64,000 nt of DNA, from positions 32,001-96,000 of the IMG/VR virus record IMGVR_UViG_3300042445_001170; one strand, 5' to 3'. The stretch comes from a virus. The position numbers were made by a program, and so were the translations under genes. This document shows positions 41,706-52,600 of this stretch, piece after piece (positions within the stretch are counted from its first letter, which is position 1; the number at the start of each line of letters is the position of its first letter). The notes beneath the pieces were generated by a model that was not told where the DNA came from, ran no database searches, and saw only the letters and a program-made list of their open reading frames with translations.

Positions 41706-44489
41706 TTAAGCCTGGATTCCGTCAAGTCTTTCCTTAAGTGTATCTACTTCATCTTTTAATTCTTGTATTGCTAATACCAATAGGGCAGACATTCTGTCAT
41801 AGCCTATGCTTATTGGATCCCCCTGTAAATTGTAGTTTACAACTCCCCTAAATTCTGGAATTAGGGCGAGATCTTCTGCTATAAGTCCAGATTGTATTGG
41901 CTCAATGGCAAGCACATCATCGTTTATATAATTAAAGTTAACTGGCTTAACTCTTAAAGTCGCATCCAAATATCCAGACTTAGGTATTTCAACTATATTT
42001 TCCTTAAGGGTTCTGCTAGAACCCAGTACTTTTAGGTAGCCGCTTGAATTTTGAACAACAGATGTTCCAGAAGTATTTCCAGATCCAGTTGCTGAGTTCA
42101 ATGAATTGGCAAATATTCTTCCGTCTGACCAGATTTTGGTAAGATCACCAGCATTAAATGAAAGAGTGCTTGTGCTTGCATATCCAAGAAAAACTGATCT
42201 ATTTGCGTAGATAGTTCCGCTTCCCTGATTTTGCATATATAAATGTATTTGACCTGTGTCTGTTGATAAAACTAAAGAGCCATCATTTATTCCACCCGCA
42301 GAGCTTCCAGAATAGATATATGATGTTCCGCCTCCAGTGCTCATTGTCAAGCTTCCAGCGTACAGATAAGATTTTTGCATTTGATTGAATAGGTTGGAAG
42401 ACTCTATCTTTACTCCTGGGCTATTAAACCAATCATTTCCGCTTGAGACTAGCTCAACATTTCCTTTAAATGTTCCGCTTGCTCCTGTTATATTACCCTT
42501 AAAATAACCATTATCTGCATACACATCGCCTCTAAATATTGCAGTTCCAGTAGATGCATCTAGTAGTATTGAGTATAGTCCAGTAGATGGATTTGTCATG
42601 TATAAACCAGTGTCATCTAAATAGACTGGCCTGGTTCCGCCAGAACTTATTTTCATATTGTTGCTTGCTTGCAAAGCATTAATAACTCTTGTAGTTGGAT
42701 CTACGCTTAGCCCATTACCAGATTGAACTGCTGTCGCACCTTTAGCAGCATTTCCTCTTACAGTTGATGCTGCAACTCCGTCTACAGTTCCGCTAACATT
42801 ACCAGTCAATGTTCCATTTGGCTGTAGCGCATTATCGGCAGCAGTTTTTGCTGCAATAGTGTCATCTAAAATTTGTTGTGCTGTTTTTGATGTACCGAAT
42901 GTACTTCCAAGGCCAATGCTTCCACTAATAATCGCATTGGTTGCTCTTAGTACTCCAGAGGAGTCAACGCTGAAAGATGCATTTGCTGGATTATTGTTTC
43001 CAGACCATAGCTTATAATATGTTCCAGGCATTCCAGCAACACCCCAAGTTGTAGTTCCATCTATATAAACACTTGTAGCTAAAGAAGATCCAGCACGAAT
43101 TTGTCCAGCGCTATCTAGGGATATATTATTTTTTGAAAGGGTTGTAGGCGACAGGGTCCATCCGCCAATAGTTCCTGCATTTGCAGTTATTGTTCCGTCT
43201 GCTGCATTTAATGTCACAGAGTTGGTGCCATTAGCAATTTTGAGTCCTGTTGAGTTTAAAGCAAAACCGTTCCCAGTTAATGTTCCTGCCGTATTGATTG
43301 TTCCATTATAAATAGATGCGCCAGATGTAGAAAGATTTATATTTCCGCCAATTGTTGCAGTTCCTGTTGCACCGATATTTCCATCTATGTTTAAGGTTGA
43401 GCCATCCCATTTAATGTAATTGCTGGTTGGTCCACCTACTTTAAATTCTGCTGTGCTGCCTGAGTTTATATACCAGTAGTTGCTTGAGTTAAAAAGTAAA
43501 CCACGTTTTCCAGAAACAACTCCATCCCCAAATTTAAACGCTCCAGCAGATATATATCCATTCATGACTGGTGTTCCTGGTATTGCTAATGTGCCACCAG
43601 AGACATATCCAGAAGTTGTATTGTTGTATTGATCATATGTCGCTACTGCAAACTCGTATGTTACTCCAACGCCAAGCCCTTCTAATTTGTATGATGTACC
43701 AGAACCAGGAGAATCGGCATATGAATATACAGAGTCTCCAACAGGCTTAAACCTTATCCTGTATCCTCGAATGTCTCCAGATGTTACTGCGCTCCATTGT
43801 ATTGTGGCATAGCCATTAAATCCAAGATAGGCAGATGGATCAATTCCACCACTTACTGTTGCTGAGCCAACCGCAGGTGGCCCATCAATATCAACAATAA
43901 CTGGGTCTGTGGGTTTTATAACTCCACTTATGTAGTATTTGTTTGCACTTGTTGTATCGGCATGAAAAAATTTATCTCTGTGTAAAACCTTTATATATCT
44001 ATCTGCTGTAGTTGATGTAAGAATATTTGCCTGTGTGGAATTTCCAACCCACACAACTGGCTCTGATCCAGTAAATGTTGAGGAGGTTCCTTCCCATATG
44101 ATTGTATCTACATAGTTTTCCCAGGTTGGCTTATCCCATTTAACTTGATAAGAAAGGAGGCCAGAGGTAACAACAACATTTGCTGGCGGCTGTGTGTAAT
44201 CTGGAACAGCTGCGGCAATCTGCTGTCTAGTTACAATAAATCTTGGTGATGGTGGACCAAATACAACAGTTTTATCTGCTGGGTCGTCGTTAGTTAATAT
44301 GTATGAAAATATAAATGCGTAGTCTTTAAATAAGTTTAAGTCTATATTTTCTATGACTAAATCATAGGAGCTCTGGCTAGTAGATGATACAGCTTTAGCA
44401 GCAGCTGCTGCATCGGAAGATAGGTCTGGTGCTGCATCTTGTGGTGAAGGTTGATACCCACCAGAATCTAGGTAGTCAGCTTTTGCCAT
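41706..44489 (-). CDS. tail fibre/spike with FN3 domain and C-terminal intramolecular chaperone (S74)
   Basis: Y...GL..G.TYEF.V; IGGW repeats; SS..LKENI...GLIAE...AIQEL. Confidence 0.85.
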   Translation of the reverse strand: MAKADYLDSGGYQPSPQDAAPDLSSDAAAAAKAVSSTSQSSYDLVIENIDLNLFKDYAFIFSYILTNDDPADKTVVFGPPSPRFIVTRQQIAAAVPDYTQPPANVVVTSGLLSYQVKWDKPTWENYVDTIIWEGTSSTFTGSEPVVWVGNSTQANILTSTTADRYIKVLHRDKFFHADTTSANKYYISGVIKPTDPVIVDIDGPPAVGSATVSGGIDPSAYLGFNGYATIQWSAVTSGDIRGYRIRFKPVGDSVYSYADSPGSGTSYKLEGLGVGVTYEFAVATYDQYNNTTSGYVSGGTLAIPGTPVMNGYISAGAFKFGDGVVSGKRGLLFNSSNYWYINSGSTAEFKVGGPTSNYIKWDGSTLNIDGNIGATGTATIGGNINLSTSGASIYNGTINTAGTLTGNGFALNSTGLKIANGTNSVTLNAADGTITANAGTIGGWTLSPTTLSKNNISLDSAGQIRAGSSLATSVYIDGTTTWGVAGMPGTYYKLWSGNNNPANASFSVDSSGVLRATNAIISGSIGLGSTFGTSKTAQQILDDTIAAKTAADNALQPNGTLTGNVSGTVDGVAASTVRGNAAKGATAVQSGNGLSVDPTTRVINALQASNNMKISSGGTRPVYLDDTGLYMTNPSTGLYSILLDASTGTAIFRGDVYADNGYFKGNITGASGTFKGNVELVSSGNDWFNSPGVKIESSNLFNQMQKSYLYAGSLTMSTGGGTSYIYSGSSAGGINDGSLVLSTDTGQIHLYMQNQGSGTIYANRSVFLGYASTSTLSFNAGDLTKIWSDGRIFANSLNSATGSGNTSGTSVVQNSSGYLKVLGSSRTLKENIVEIPKSGYLDATLRVKPVNFNYINDDVLAIEPIQSGLIAEDLALIPEFRGVVNYNLQGDPISIGYDRMSALLVLAIQELKDEVDTLKERLDGIQA

Positions 44490-45467
44490 TTAAAAACTAA
44501 GTCCTAGTCTATATTCTATATCCATTTGCTTACCAGCAACCTTAACAATTTCAGAAGACAAAACAGATCGACTTATCAATCCGTATATTGGATCAAATGA
44601 ATCCTCATCATTAATTCTTAAACCATCCATATATACTGTTGTGCCAGATGTTGTTTTTGACTTAGCCCCAACAAGTATTTTATTTATTGAGCTAGCGTCT
44701 GGCGTTCCAGATTTATACGAAGACCCTAGAAGCTCAGAAAGCGTTTTACTTTTAATTTTATCTGGTGTCTGCGGTGATGTTATTGATACGTCACCTGTAA
44801 TTCTAGTTTCAAAATAATCAGTATCTCCGCTATAGAACCTTATGTACACATAGTCAAGATTAGTGTCTGCCTGTCTGAACGCAAGTGTTAGGCTGTCGTA
44901 TATGCTGTAGCCAGACAAATCAAATGTGGCATTAAACCAATATTCTTTTGTAGAGTAAGTCGCTGGTGATGTTACTGCTGGTGCAGTTACTTGAAATAAG
45001 TATGATCCAAGCCTTGGTGTTGGAGTAGAAACAAGTGTTGGATTATTGCCAGATGAGTCTACCCATGGCAAAGCATTTTCAAAAGAGCTTATGTATCTAT
45101 TAGAATAGTCTGACTTGCTTGTTGATTGTGATGGAAACAGTCCAACTTCCTTTATTGATCCAGCCACGTCATTAGGTAGTGAAGTCTTGTATATGACAGA
45201 GTATGTTGATATTCCAGTAACTGGGTCTGTTTCAATATTAGGCGAGTTCAGATCAACTGGGACTTTATAAAATTCAAAACCAAGTCTTGTATCATCGACT
45301 GTTGGGGTTTCAGACCCTATGCCAATAGCTATCGCCTTGCTGCTAAAACCTAGGGTGCCAGCTAAATAGTTTGTTAAGAATCTTTTTCCAAACTTAGTTA
45401 AAATATTATCCTGTCTATGAAGCTCTACGCCATCTTGATAAAAGATATAAGTGCCTTTCATCTCCAT
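44490..45467 (-). CDS. minor tail protein
   Basis: Position in tail module; I.EVGLF motif. Confidence 0.7.
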   Translation of the reverse strand: MEMKGTYIFYQDGVELHRQDNILTKFGKRFLTNYLAGTLGFSSKAIAIGIGSETPTVDDTRLGFEFYKVPVDLNSPNIETDPVTGISTYSVIYKTSLPNDVAGSIKEVGLFPSQSTSKSDYSNRYISSFENALPWVDSSGNNPTLVSTPTPRLGSYLFQVTAPAVTSPATYSTKEYWFNATFDLSGYSIYDSLTLAFRQADTNLDYVYIRFYSGDTDYFETRITGDVSITSPQTPDKIKSKTLSELLGSSYKSGTPDASSINKILVGAKSKTTSGTTVYMDGLRINDEDSFDPIYGLISRSVLSSEIVKVAGKQMDIEYRLGLSF

Positions 45468-45847
45468 TATCCACCACCCCCTTGTACGCCACGAACGGCA
45501 TCTCCTGAATTATTTTTTACATTAAAATTAAATTTTAATTTAGCATTTCCATTAATATCATTAACTACATCTATTTTCTTTAATGTTATATCTGCTAATG
45601 TTGGAAATGGCTTCTGACCAGTTCCATCATCTGGTATTGTGTACTCTTCGCCTTTTTTATAATTGCTGGTTGGTGGCTTTGAGTTTGGCAGTGTTAGTAT
45701 TACACTTCCATCTAGTTGTGCTGTCACAACCAGGTCGTAATATTGACTTTTAAGAATGTCTACAAGCGGATCATCTGCTGGTAGCTGAATTTTCTGCTTA
45801 GTAGTAAAACCACTAAACTTTATCTTATTATTATCTACAGTTGCCAT
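45467..45847 (-). CDS. hypothetical tail-module protein
   Basis: Position; leaderless TAGAAT-6-ATG. Confidence 0.6.
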   Translation of the reverse strand: MATVDNNKIKFSGFTTKQKIQLPADDPLVDILKSQYYDLVVTAQLDGSVILTLPNSKPPTSNYKKGEEYTIPDDGTGQKPFPTLADITLKKIDVVNDINGNAKLKFNFNVKNNSGDAVRGVQGGGG

Positions 45848-45864
45848 TTTATCATTCTACCATT

Positions 45865-48800
45865 TTATCCAGTATAAATCGACCTGCATTTTACTGAGGT
45901 TGATAGCCCATTGTCCCAGGAATGACCTATATCTAATACAACATATTTGCTTGCAGATTTGCCAGATGGAATTGTATCGTCTGAAGCATATACTGAGTTT
46001 AGGGGATATGATATCTCAACCATATCTCCTACTTGAATTAGAGGGTTTGGAAAGCATTGTATATCTATTGATGTCTGTTGTCTAGACCATTGGTCTTTCA
46101 TCCATGTAGATAGCTCTTTTGCTTCCCGCTCTTTTTGTATCCAGGTTGAATCAAATCCAATAATTTCAATATCTTTTAACTTTGCTATTTCTGGGTCTAT
46201 GTATTCAAATGGATCCGTTGCAACTATTTGATCTCCTACTACTTGAAAGCTTCTTGTCTGACCATCGGCAAGTGGAACAAAGGTTCCAGCATTATTTAAA
46301 ACATATGCCTCTATGCCAAAAGAATTTACCGATGATCCAATAAGTGTAACAAATGGATTTAAAGTTATTTGTGCAAATCTTGGCTGGCCTGGTCTTTGTG
46401 CATACTTAGCACTTATATATTTTAGCTCTCTGGCTACTGGACCAAACTCTTTAAAGAAGGTTGGAGATGAAACCTTCGACCCCTTTGTTAAAACAAAGTC
46501 TCCAAAAGATTGAGATAGGTATGACTGTGAACCAAGCATTCCGCTATACGGATTATAAGGTGTAGTAGAAGCAAACTGAGATTCTGAAATTGCATTACTG
46601 TACAGGTAGTCGTAGCTAATTGAGCCCTTCTGTGAAAATAGGCCAACTTTTTCTGTTATAGGCAACACATAGCTAGCGCCGTTGTCTGTGGCTACAATTG
46701 TAGTGTTATCAAATTTAATTTTAAAGGTTCTTCTTGTTGTATCATAATTAACCTTAACGTCTAGGTTATATAGCTGACCACCAGAAACACCAGTTACAGT
46801 TGTTGTGTCTCCCTTTTGAGAATCTGTTATTGCAACTTGATAGGGCTTGGAGCCCTTTTTAAATCTCCACAATCTTATATTCTTGTCAGTCAATTTACCC
46901 GTGGCGGTTGTCTGTTCTGTTTTAATTTCAATGTAGTAACCAGTAGCTCCATTGTCCGATAGGCATATTGCAAGTCCACCTATTACCTGATCTGCGCCAG
47001 TTAATCGTCCAGCAGAGTCTTTCATTAGTGGAAAGTAGAAGCTCGTTCCAACAGAAAAGTTTTTTGTAGTTGAATCTATAAATTTTGCATCTATAGTTGC
47101 AACTGTATAGTTTTTATTTAATGACACGGTGCCTGGCTGTGATACTGTAAGCATAGATCTTGGCACACTTTTGCCAAAGCTATCAGAAGCCTCTATAGAT
47201 ATTTTAGAGTTGTCTATAGAAGGAGTGCCAGTAGACTGTGTGGCCTCTGTTAACAACCTTACCTCAAAGTCATCTTTGTAGTCCGCTATATCTACACTGT
47301 GTGAAGATACGGGAGTGCCGAATGCTCCTCTAGTTTTAATTCTATATTCTCCAGTTGGCTTAAAACTATTTACTTGACCTAGAGCCTGATACTTTTGAAG
47401 GTCTATGTCTGACTCTATCCATTGGCTCTGAGGGGAGCCAGCAAGGTCTGTATACGAATACCTGATTGCATCATACTCTATAACTTCATCATTTAAAACT
47501 AGGTACCCAGTTTTATTTAAAGCTCTTAGATCAAGCCCGTCCATTGTTGTTATTAAATTTATCCACAGAGAGGATCCAGCCAAAGAAGATGCTGCTAAAT
47601 TCTTTACCAATGCGCCTGCTCCAAGAGAATACACTGGTGATTGCCATAGTAGATCAGCACCAGCATTATAAGAAGAACTCATTTGTGGTCTATAAAGAAT
47701 TTTAACTCCCTGCACTGACGGCAAATCTTCTTTAGACATTGATATAATATTTGCTTCTTCTTGAGTAACTCCACTAGAAACAAGCGGGTTGTATCTAAAA
47801 GTAAAAGATTTAGTTTTATTTTTGTTATAAATCCATTCTCTTGTATAGAACTGAAGGATATTATTCTCATCAAATGTAGCTACCATTTGTGTGTCTTTAC
47901 ATAAGTCCTGTATACACTCCCAAACAGTTTTTGTATCGTCTGTATACCAGTAGTACGGAGTTATTGCAGATTTATCATTACCGTCTGGCGATAGGTTAAA
48001 GTTATAATTTGTAAACCCTATCCCATCCAGCAGTCTTTTAATAATAGCAGGTGACGGGGCATCTTTTATCAAAATATCTGGCGCTACTATTTTTTGCAAT
48101 AACAAAGCCTGATCTAGTGCTTGCAAATCAACTTGACCAAATTCATCTACTGTCCAAGAATCTGCATAGAAGTATCCTTGCTGAATCTTTTCAATAGTGT
48201 TGTCTGATTTAGTTATATTGTAGTATGGTTTAAAAAGAACATTGTTATAAAAATATGACTTGGTTTTATCAAAAACAAATGTTTTGTCGTAAGAAATTCC
48301 AGACCTATCTTCAAAAAACAACCTAGCATTTAAAGAATTTGCAGTAACATTTCCTACTGGGGTTAGGCCGTTAGATGAATCAGATGCTTTTTTTTGTGTG
48401 CTAAATGACATTATCTTATCTGACATATCCTTTACATATCTAGCGGATATCTCAATTACACCCAAGTATGTGTCTGATACATTTATTGAATTGATCTCAA
48501 CTACAATAGAGTCTATGTCTACTGGCTCCGTAGGAGATGTTGTCCATTCTGTTGTGGACCAGGTTGTTCCACCCTGATAGTATAGGTTAACAACACCAGT
48601 TGAATCAACGCTACCATTTGTTAAAACAGTTGTTGTTGTTCCGCCTTTTGTAATTTTTACTGTCCACGTTACTGGCTTTACATATGTCATGTCAGACCAG
48701 ACTTTAGAAGTTCCATTGTCTGACACTAGGCTTCTTATTCCGTATGATGTTTCAAACTTAATAGATATCTTATTTGTAACTGTATTCTTGCCAGATGGAT

Positions 48801-49224
48801 AGGAAACTGTTAATTTACAATTTGATAGAGATGTACCGCTTGATTTTGGCGTTACCCAATACTGATACTTATTCTTTGATCCAGCGTAATACATTCTGTA
48901 TGGCTCTTTAATTAGTGTGTTGTACGGCAACAAAGCGTTATAAGTTATACCAGAATTACTTGTACTATTAGATATAAAGTATTTAATTCCAGCAGAAGAT
49001 GGTCTCTTGGGGCTTATAATACTTGCAAGCGGGAATAGCTTTAAAAATGGTTTGTACTCTACGCCAGCAGAGTCTTTTAGCGTTACTGTTTCCCCACCAA
49101 GATTTTCAACAGTCACTCCAGCAATAAGGTCGTTCATGTTATATTCAGCCCACAGCCCTGGTGACATTGATAAAGTTGAAGACTTTTTAATTTGATTTAA
49201 AATGTCTGTTGATGAGCTTAACAT
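45865..49224 (-). CDS. large minor tail / baseplate hub protein
   Basis: 1119 aa after Dit; NP.IQ.GD.V C-terminal motif. Confidence 0.75.
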   Translation of the reverse strand: MLSSSTDILNQIKKSSTLSMSPGLWAEYNMNDLIAGVTVENLGGETVTLKDSAGVEYKPFLKLFPLASIISPKRPSSAGIKYFISNSTSNSGITYNALLPYNTLIKEPYRMYYAGSKNKYQYWVTPKSSGTSLSNCKLTVSYPSGKNTVTNKISIKFETSYGIRSLVSDNGTSKVWSDMTYVKPVTWTVKITKGGTTTTVLTNGSVDSTGVVNLYYQGGTTWSTTEWTTSPTEPVDIDSIVVEINSINVSDTYLGVIEISARYVKDMSDKIMSFSTQKKASDSSNGLTPVGNVTANSLNARLFFEDRSGISYDKTFVFDKTKSYFYNNVLFKPYYNITKSDNTIEKIQQGYFYADSWTVDEFGQVDLQALDQALLLQKIVAPDILIKDAPSPAIIKRLLDGIGFTNYNFNLSPDGNDKSAITPYYWYTDDTKTVWECIQDLCKDTQMVATFDENNILQFYTREWIYNKNKTKSFTFRYNPLVSSGVTQEEANIISMSKEDLPSVQGVKILYRPQMSSSYNAGADLLWQSPVYSLGAGALVKNLAASSLAGSSLWINLITTMDGLDLRALNKTGYLVLNDEVIEYDAIRYSYTDLAGSPQSQWIESDIDLQKYQALGQVNSFKPTGEYRIKTRGAFGTPVSSHSVDIADYKDDFEVRLLTEATQSTGTPSIDNSKISIEASDSFGKSVPRSMLTVSQPGTVSLNKNYTVATIDAKFIDSTTKNFSVGTSFYFPLMKDSAGRLTGADQVIGGLAICLSDNGATGYYIEIKTEQTTATGKLTDKNIRLWRFKKGSKPYQVAITDSQKGDTTTVTGVSGGQLYNLDVKVNYDTTRRTFKIKFDNTTIVATDNGASYVLPITEKVGLFSQKGSISYDYLYSNAISESQFASTTPYNPYSGMLGSQSYLSQSFGDFVLTKGSKVSSPTFFKEFGPVARELKYISAKYAQRPGQPRFAQITLNPFVTLIGSSVNSFGIEAYVLNNAGTFVPLADGQTRSFQVVGDQIVATDPFEYIDPEIAKLKDIEIIGFDSTWIQKEREAKELSTWMKDQWSRQQTSIDIQCFPNPLIQVGDMVEISYPLNSVYASDDTIPSGKSASKYVVLDIGHSWDNGLSTSVKCRSIYTG

Positions 49225-49685
49225 TATACTTGTTCCAGTGTTAGGCTAACATCCCAAAATTCTTGTGGATCTACTCCGCTTACCATTTTGACATTTCTTT
49301 TATTTAGGCTAAAGCTGCAATTGGTAAACATGACTGTTATTATTTCATCTCTTGCTGAGACTCCGTTGTAAGATATTTTTAATTTAAATGAGCCTATTCC
49401 TTTTGCTTTATAGAATGCTCTAATTTGTTCTGCGCCGTAGCCGCCATCGACAGTCATTGTGCTTGTTGAAGGCAATGTATTCCATGAGCACTGAATAGAA
49501 TACTTATCCGCAATAAATATTTTACGCATAGTTCCATTAGCCATACGCTCTGCTCTTTCAATTCTATTTGTATCTAAGGATACTGGCTGCCTATTGTGCT
49601 CGGACAGCTTAGTCCAGGTAGGGGTAGTTGCATCTGTTCCAGTGTCAATAAACAGTAGTGATCCTACAGGTAAAGTTAGCGCCAT
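49224..49685 (-). CDS. distal tail (Dit-like) protein
   Basis: Follows tape measure; RMANGTMR. Confidence 0.7.
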   Translation of the reverse strand: MALTLPVGSLLFIDTGTDATTPTWTKLSEHNRQPVSLDTNRIERAERMANGTMRKIFIADKYSIQCSWNTLPSTSTMTVDGGYGAEQIRAFYKAKGIGSFKLKISYNGVSARDEIITVMFTNCSFSLNKRNVKMVSGVDPQEFWDVSLTLEQV

Positions 49686-52600
49686 TATGTCCTCTTTGTT
49701 CCTACCATTTTAGCATTAAGCTTTGCATCTTGTCCAATAGCTTGCTTTGTCATTGTTACAACCTGTCTTACAAACGATTCCGTATTCATTCCATCAGATG
49801 GATAAATGTTTTGTGTTAAATTAATTGTGCTTCCTGATCCAACATTGAATGCCGCTGCTTGGAAATTAGACTGTGGAACAGAATACTGCATGTTGTTAAT
49901 TCTTTCAAGAAGTGGAAGTATTCCTGGTTGTCTTACAGCTTGGGCGTTTACAACAAACTCTCCATTTGAAACATATGCTCCAGAAGCATACTTGCCTTTT
50001 GGCATCATTGGCATATAAATAGAATCAGATGTACCAGTTCCTGGTCCAGAAAGTAGACCGCCATCTTTATAGGACTTAACCCTTCCACTCTGATCTCCCA
50101 TGGCTGCAAGCCATGAACCAATTATTTTTCCATCTTGCATTACCATTCCATTAGAAGTATAAGTAGTGTCACCCTGTAGCCAGGAAGATTTATGAGCCTT
50201 ATAAAATGCTCTCATTGCTGCATCTCTGCTTGCGAACTCTTTACCGCTTAGCTTAGAATCTGGGATTATATATGACTGGGTCTGGGACGGAGATCCTACT
50301 GGCATAGATTCATATTCTTTTTTAGTGACCTTCTTGCCAGACTGTGTAAAGTATTGGATAGGGTCTCCAGTTGCTCCTGTACCAGTTTTCTTTCCAGCAA
50401 TTTTTCCAGGATCTGCCAGTGTTGCTGTCTTTGAGCCAGCGTTACCAAGATCTATTTTCTTGCCATTAATAATTACATCACCGTTTACAACAATTCCTTG
50501 TTCTTTTAGCGATGCCTCAAGGCCAGATGATACTGAATCGAATAGAGCCTGCCCTGCAGCAATTCCAACATTTCCATCTTTATCTTTTGGAAGCCCAGAC
50601 ATATCTACCTTTGCATCTGTCGCTGCTTGAGTAATTGCTGCAAGCATTCCCTTAGCTTCATCTGTTGTCTTCCACTTCTTAAGGTCATCCTTATGAATCT
50701 CAATGGCCAGTCTATATGTAGTCATGGCTTTATTTAAGGCTTCAATTTTACCTTCATTAGTTTCAATTTCTTTAGTTACGTCGCCAAGCTTTTCTCCTGC
50801 GTATGCAGCTGCATCGCCAAGATCTTGCTGCTTTTTAGCCATGGCTTCTGCCGCTTTTTTAAGAGGGGCATTTGCTTTTTCTGTTGCTGCGTCGATGGCC
50901 TTAATCTGTGCGTCATACTGCTGTGTAGCAACCAGGCCTTCAAGATCAAGTCTTGCTTGCTGTGCACCAGCTGTGTTTCCAGTAGCCTCTGCATTTTGAA
51001 GCTCAAGTTTTTTAGCCTCAATTGCTCTTCCAGAATCTTGCTCATTCTTTTTATCCTGGAGTGCTTTCTTTCTTGCATCCGCTAATTTATTGTTGGCATC
51101 AATTTGCTTGTTAATTGCAGCAAGTCTATCTCTATCAGATATTTGTTGTGCTACTGACTGTCCCTTTAATGCCTTTTGATATTTTTCTTGCAATCCCTTA
51201 AGTTTATCTAATGCAACATATTGCGCCTTTAGTATTCCGCCTCTGTTTGTTGTTTCAACGCCCTTTGCAACGGCGCTTTGCAAAGCATACAGAGCATTTG
51301 TTTGTGCAGCAGAAAGTCCAGATAGATCTCCAATAAATCCTCTTGCTTCAATTCTAGTTTTTTTCCAAAGAGTTAGCGCAGTATCTTGCTCAGAGGCAAT
51401 CTTTCTTAATGCAGGATTTTGTTTTTCCATTTCATCAAGTGTTTCTTTGCTAAGTCTTTTCTGTCCTTCTAGCTTACTTGAGATCTGATCTAGTGCCTGT
51501 TTTTCTGCATCCCATTTAATCTTATCTGACTCGGCTGTACTAATAAATGAAGGCTTGCTCTTATCTTTTTTACGTGCCTTCATTGCATCAGACTCTTTAT
51601 CTGCAATTGCAGTATCAATTCCCATTGCTGCAGTGTTAAGAGCATTTGCTTGTTCAGTTGGGTCTAAATCTTTTCTAACTGCATCGCTGTACGTGTTAAG
51701 TGCTTCACGGGCTGCATCAACAGAAGTTTTAATATTCATAAAGGCTTTAGATGAAGTTGTAAAAGCTGATGTGTTATTTGATTGATTGGAGGCTTTATAC
51801 ATTGCATAAATTTTTGCTGTGGCGTCCTCTGCAGACATACCCATAGCCATAAGTTGCTCTTTTAATCTTATAGCAAGGTCTGCCTGATCATCATAGCTTG
51901 TCTTATTGATAAGCGCTATCTGATCTTTATATACAGAATTAACTTCTTTCTTTAATTTTTTGTATTGCTCTATAGTTAATTTTAGTGGCGTTCCAGATGT
52001 AGTCATGCTCTCATACATCATTTGATTTCTTTCTTTAACAGCTTGAGCATCCGCTACAGTTTCTTTTAATTTTTTATTAAAGTCGGTAAATCTAAGCCCA
52101 GCCTTCTTTGCTGCCTCCGCTGTCATTCCATAGCCTAGTGCATTTAATCTCATGCTTTCTTGATGATTTTTCCATAGTTTAATTCCAAGAGTTACCGCTG
52201 TAACAGCTCCGAAAGCGATTAGATTAAATCTAGTCATTGCAAGTCCAAGCTTTCCAATAACTGCCTGGAACTTCTTGCCGCTGGTTGCCATCTCTGTTAT
52301 TGCAGTTCCATACTTAGTTAGGCCACCAGTTTTTCCAGATATAACTCCTACTGGTGTCGTCATCGATGCAGGAACTTTTGACATTAGCTTGCCCTTACCT
52401 CCGCCGCCCATCATCGCAGCAGATTGCATCATCATGGGTAGCATAAAGCCAACTTGTTGAATTATCATAGATATGATTGGGTTTGCAACCTTGCTAGCAA
52501 TAAATTGTGCTCCTGCTGCGACTGCCATACCTCCAGCAATCTGTCCGCCAATTCCGTATTTATTATTTGGAACTATGCCACCAGAAACTCTAGGAACAAA

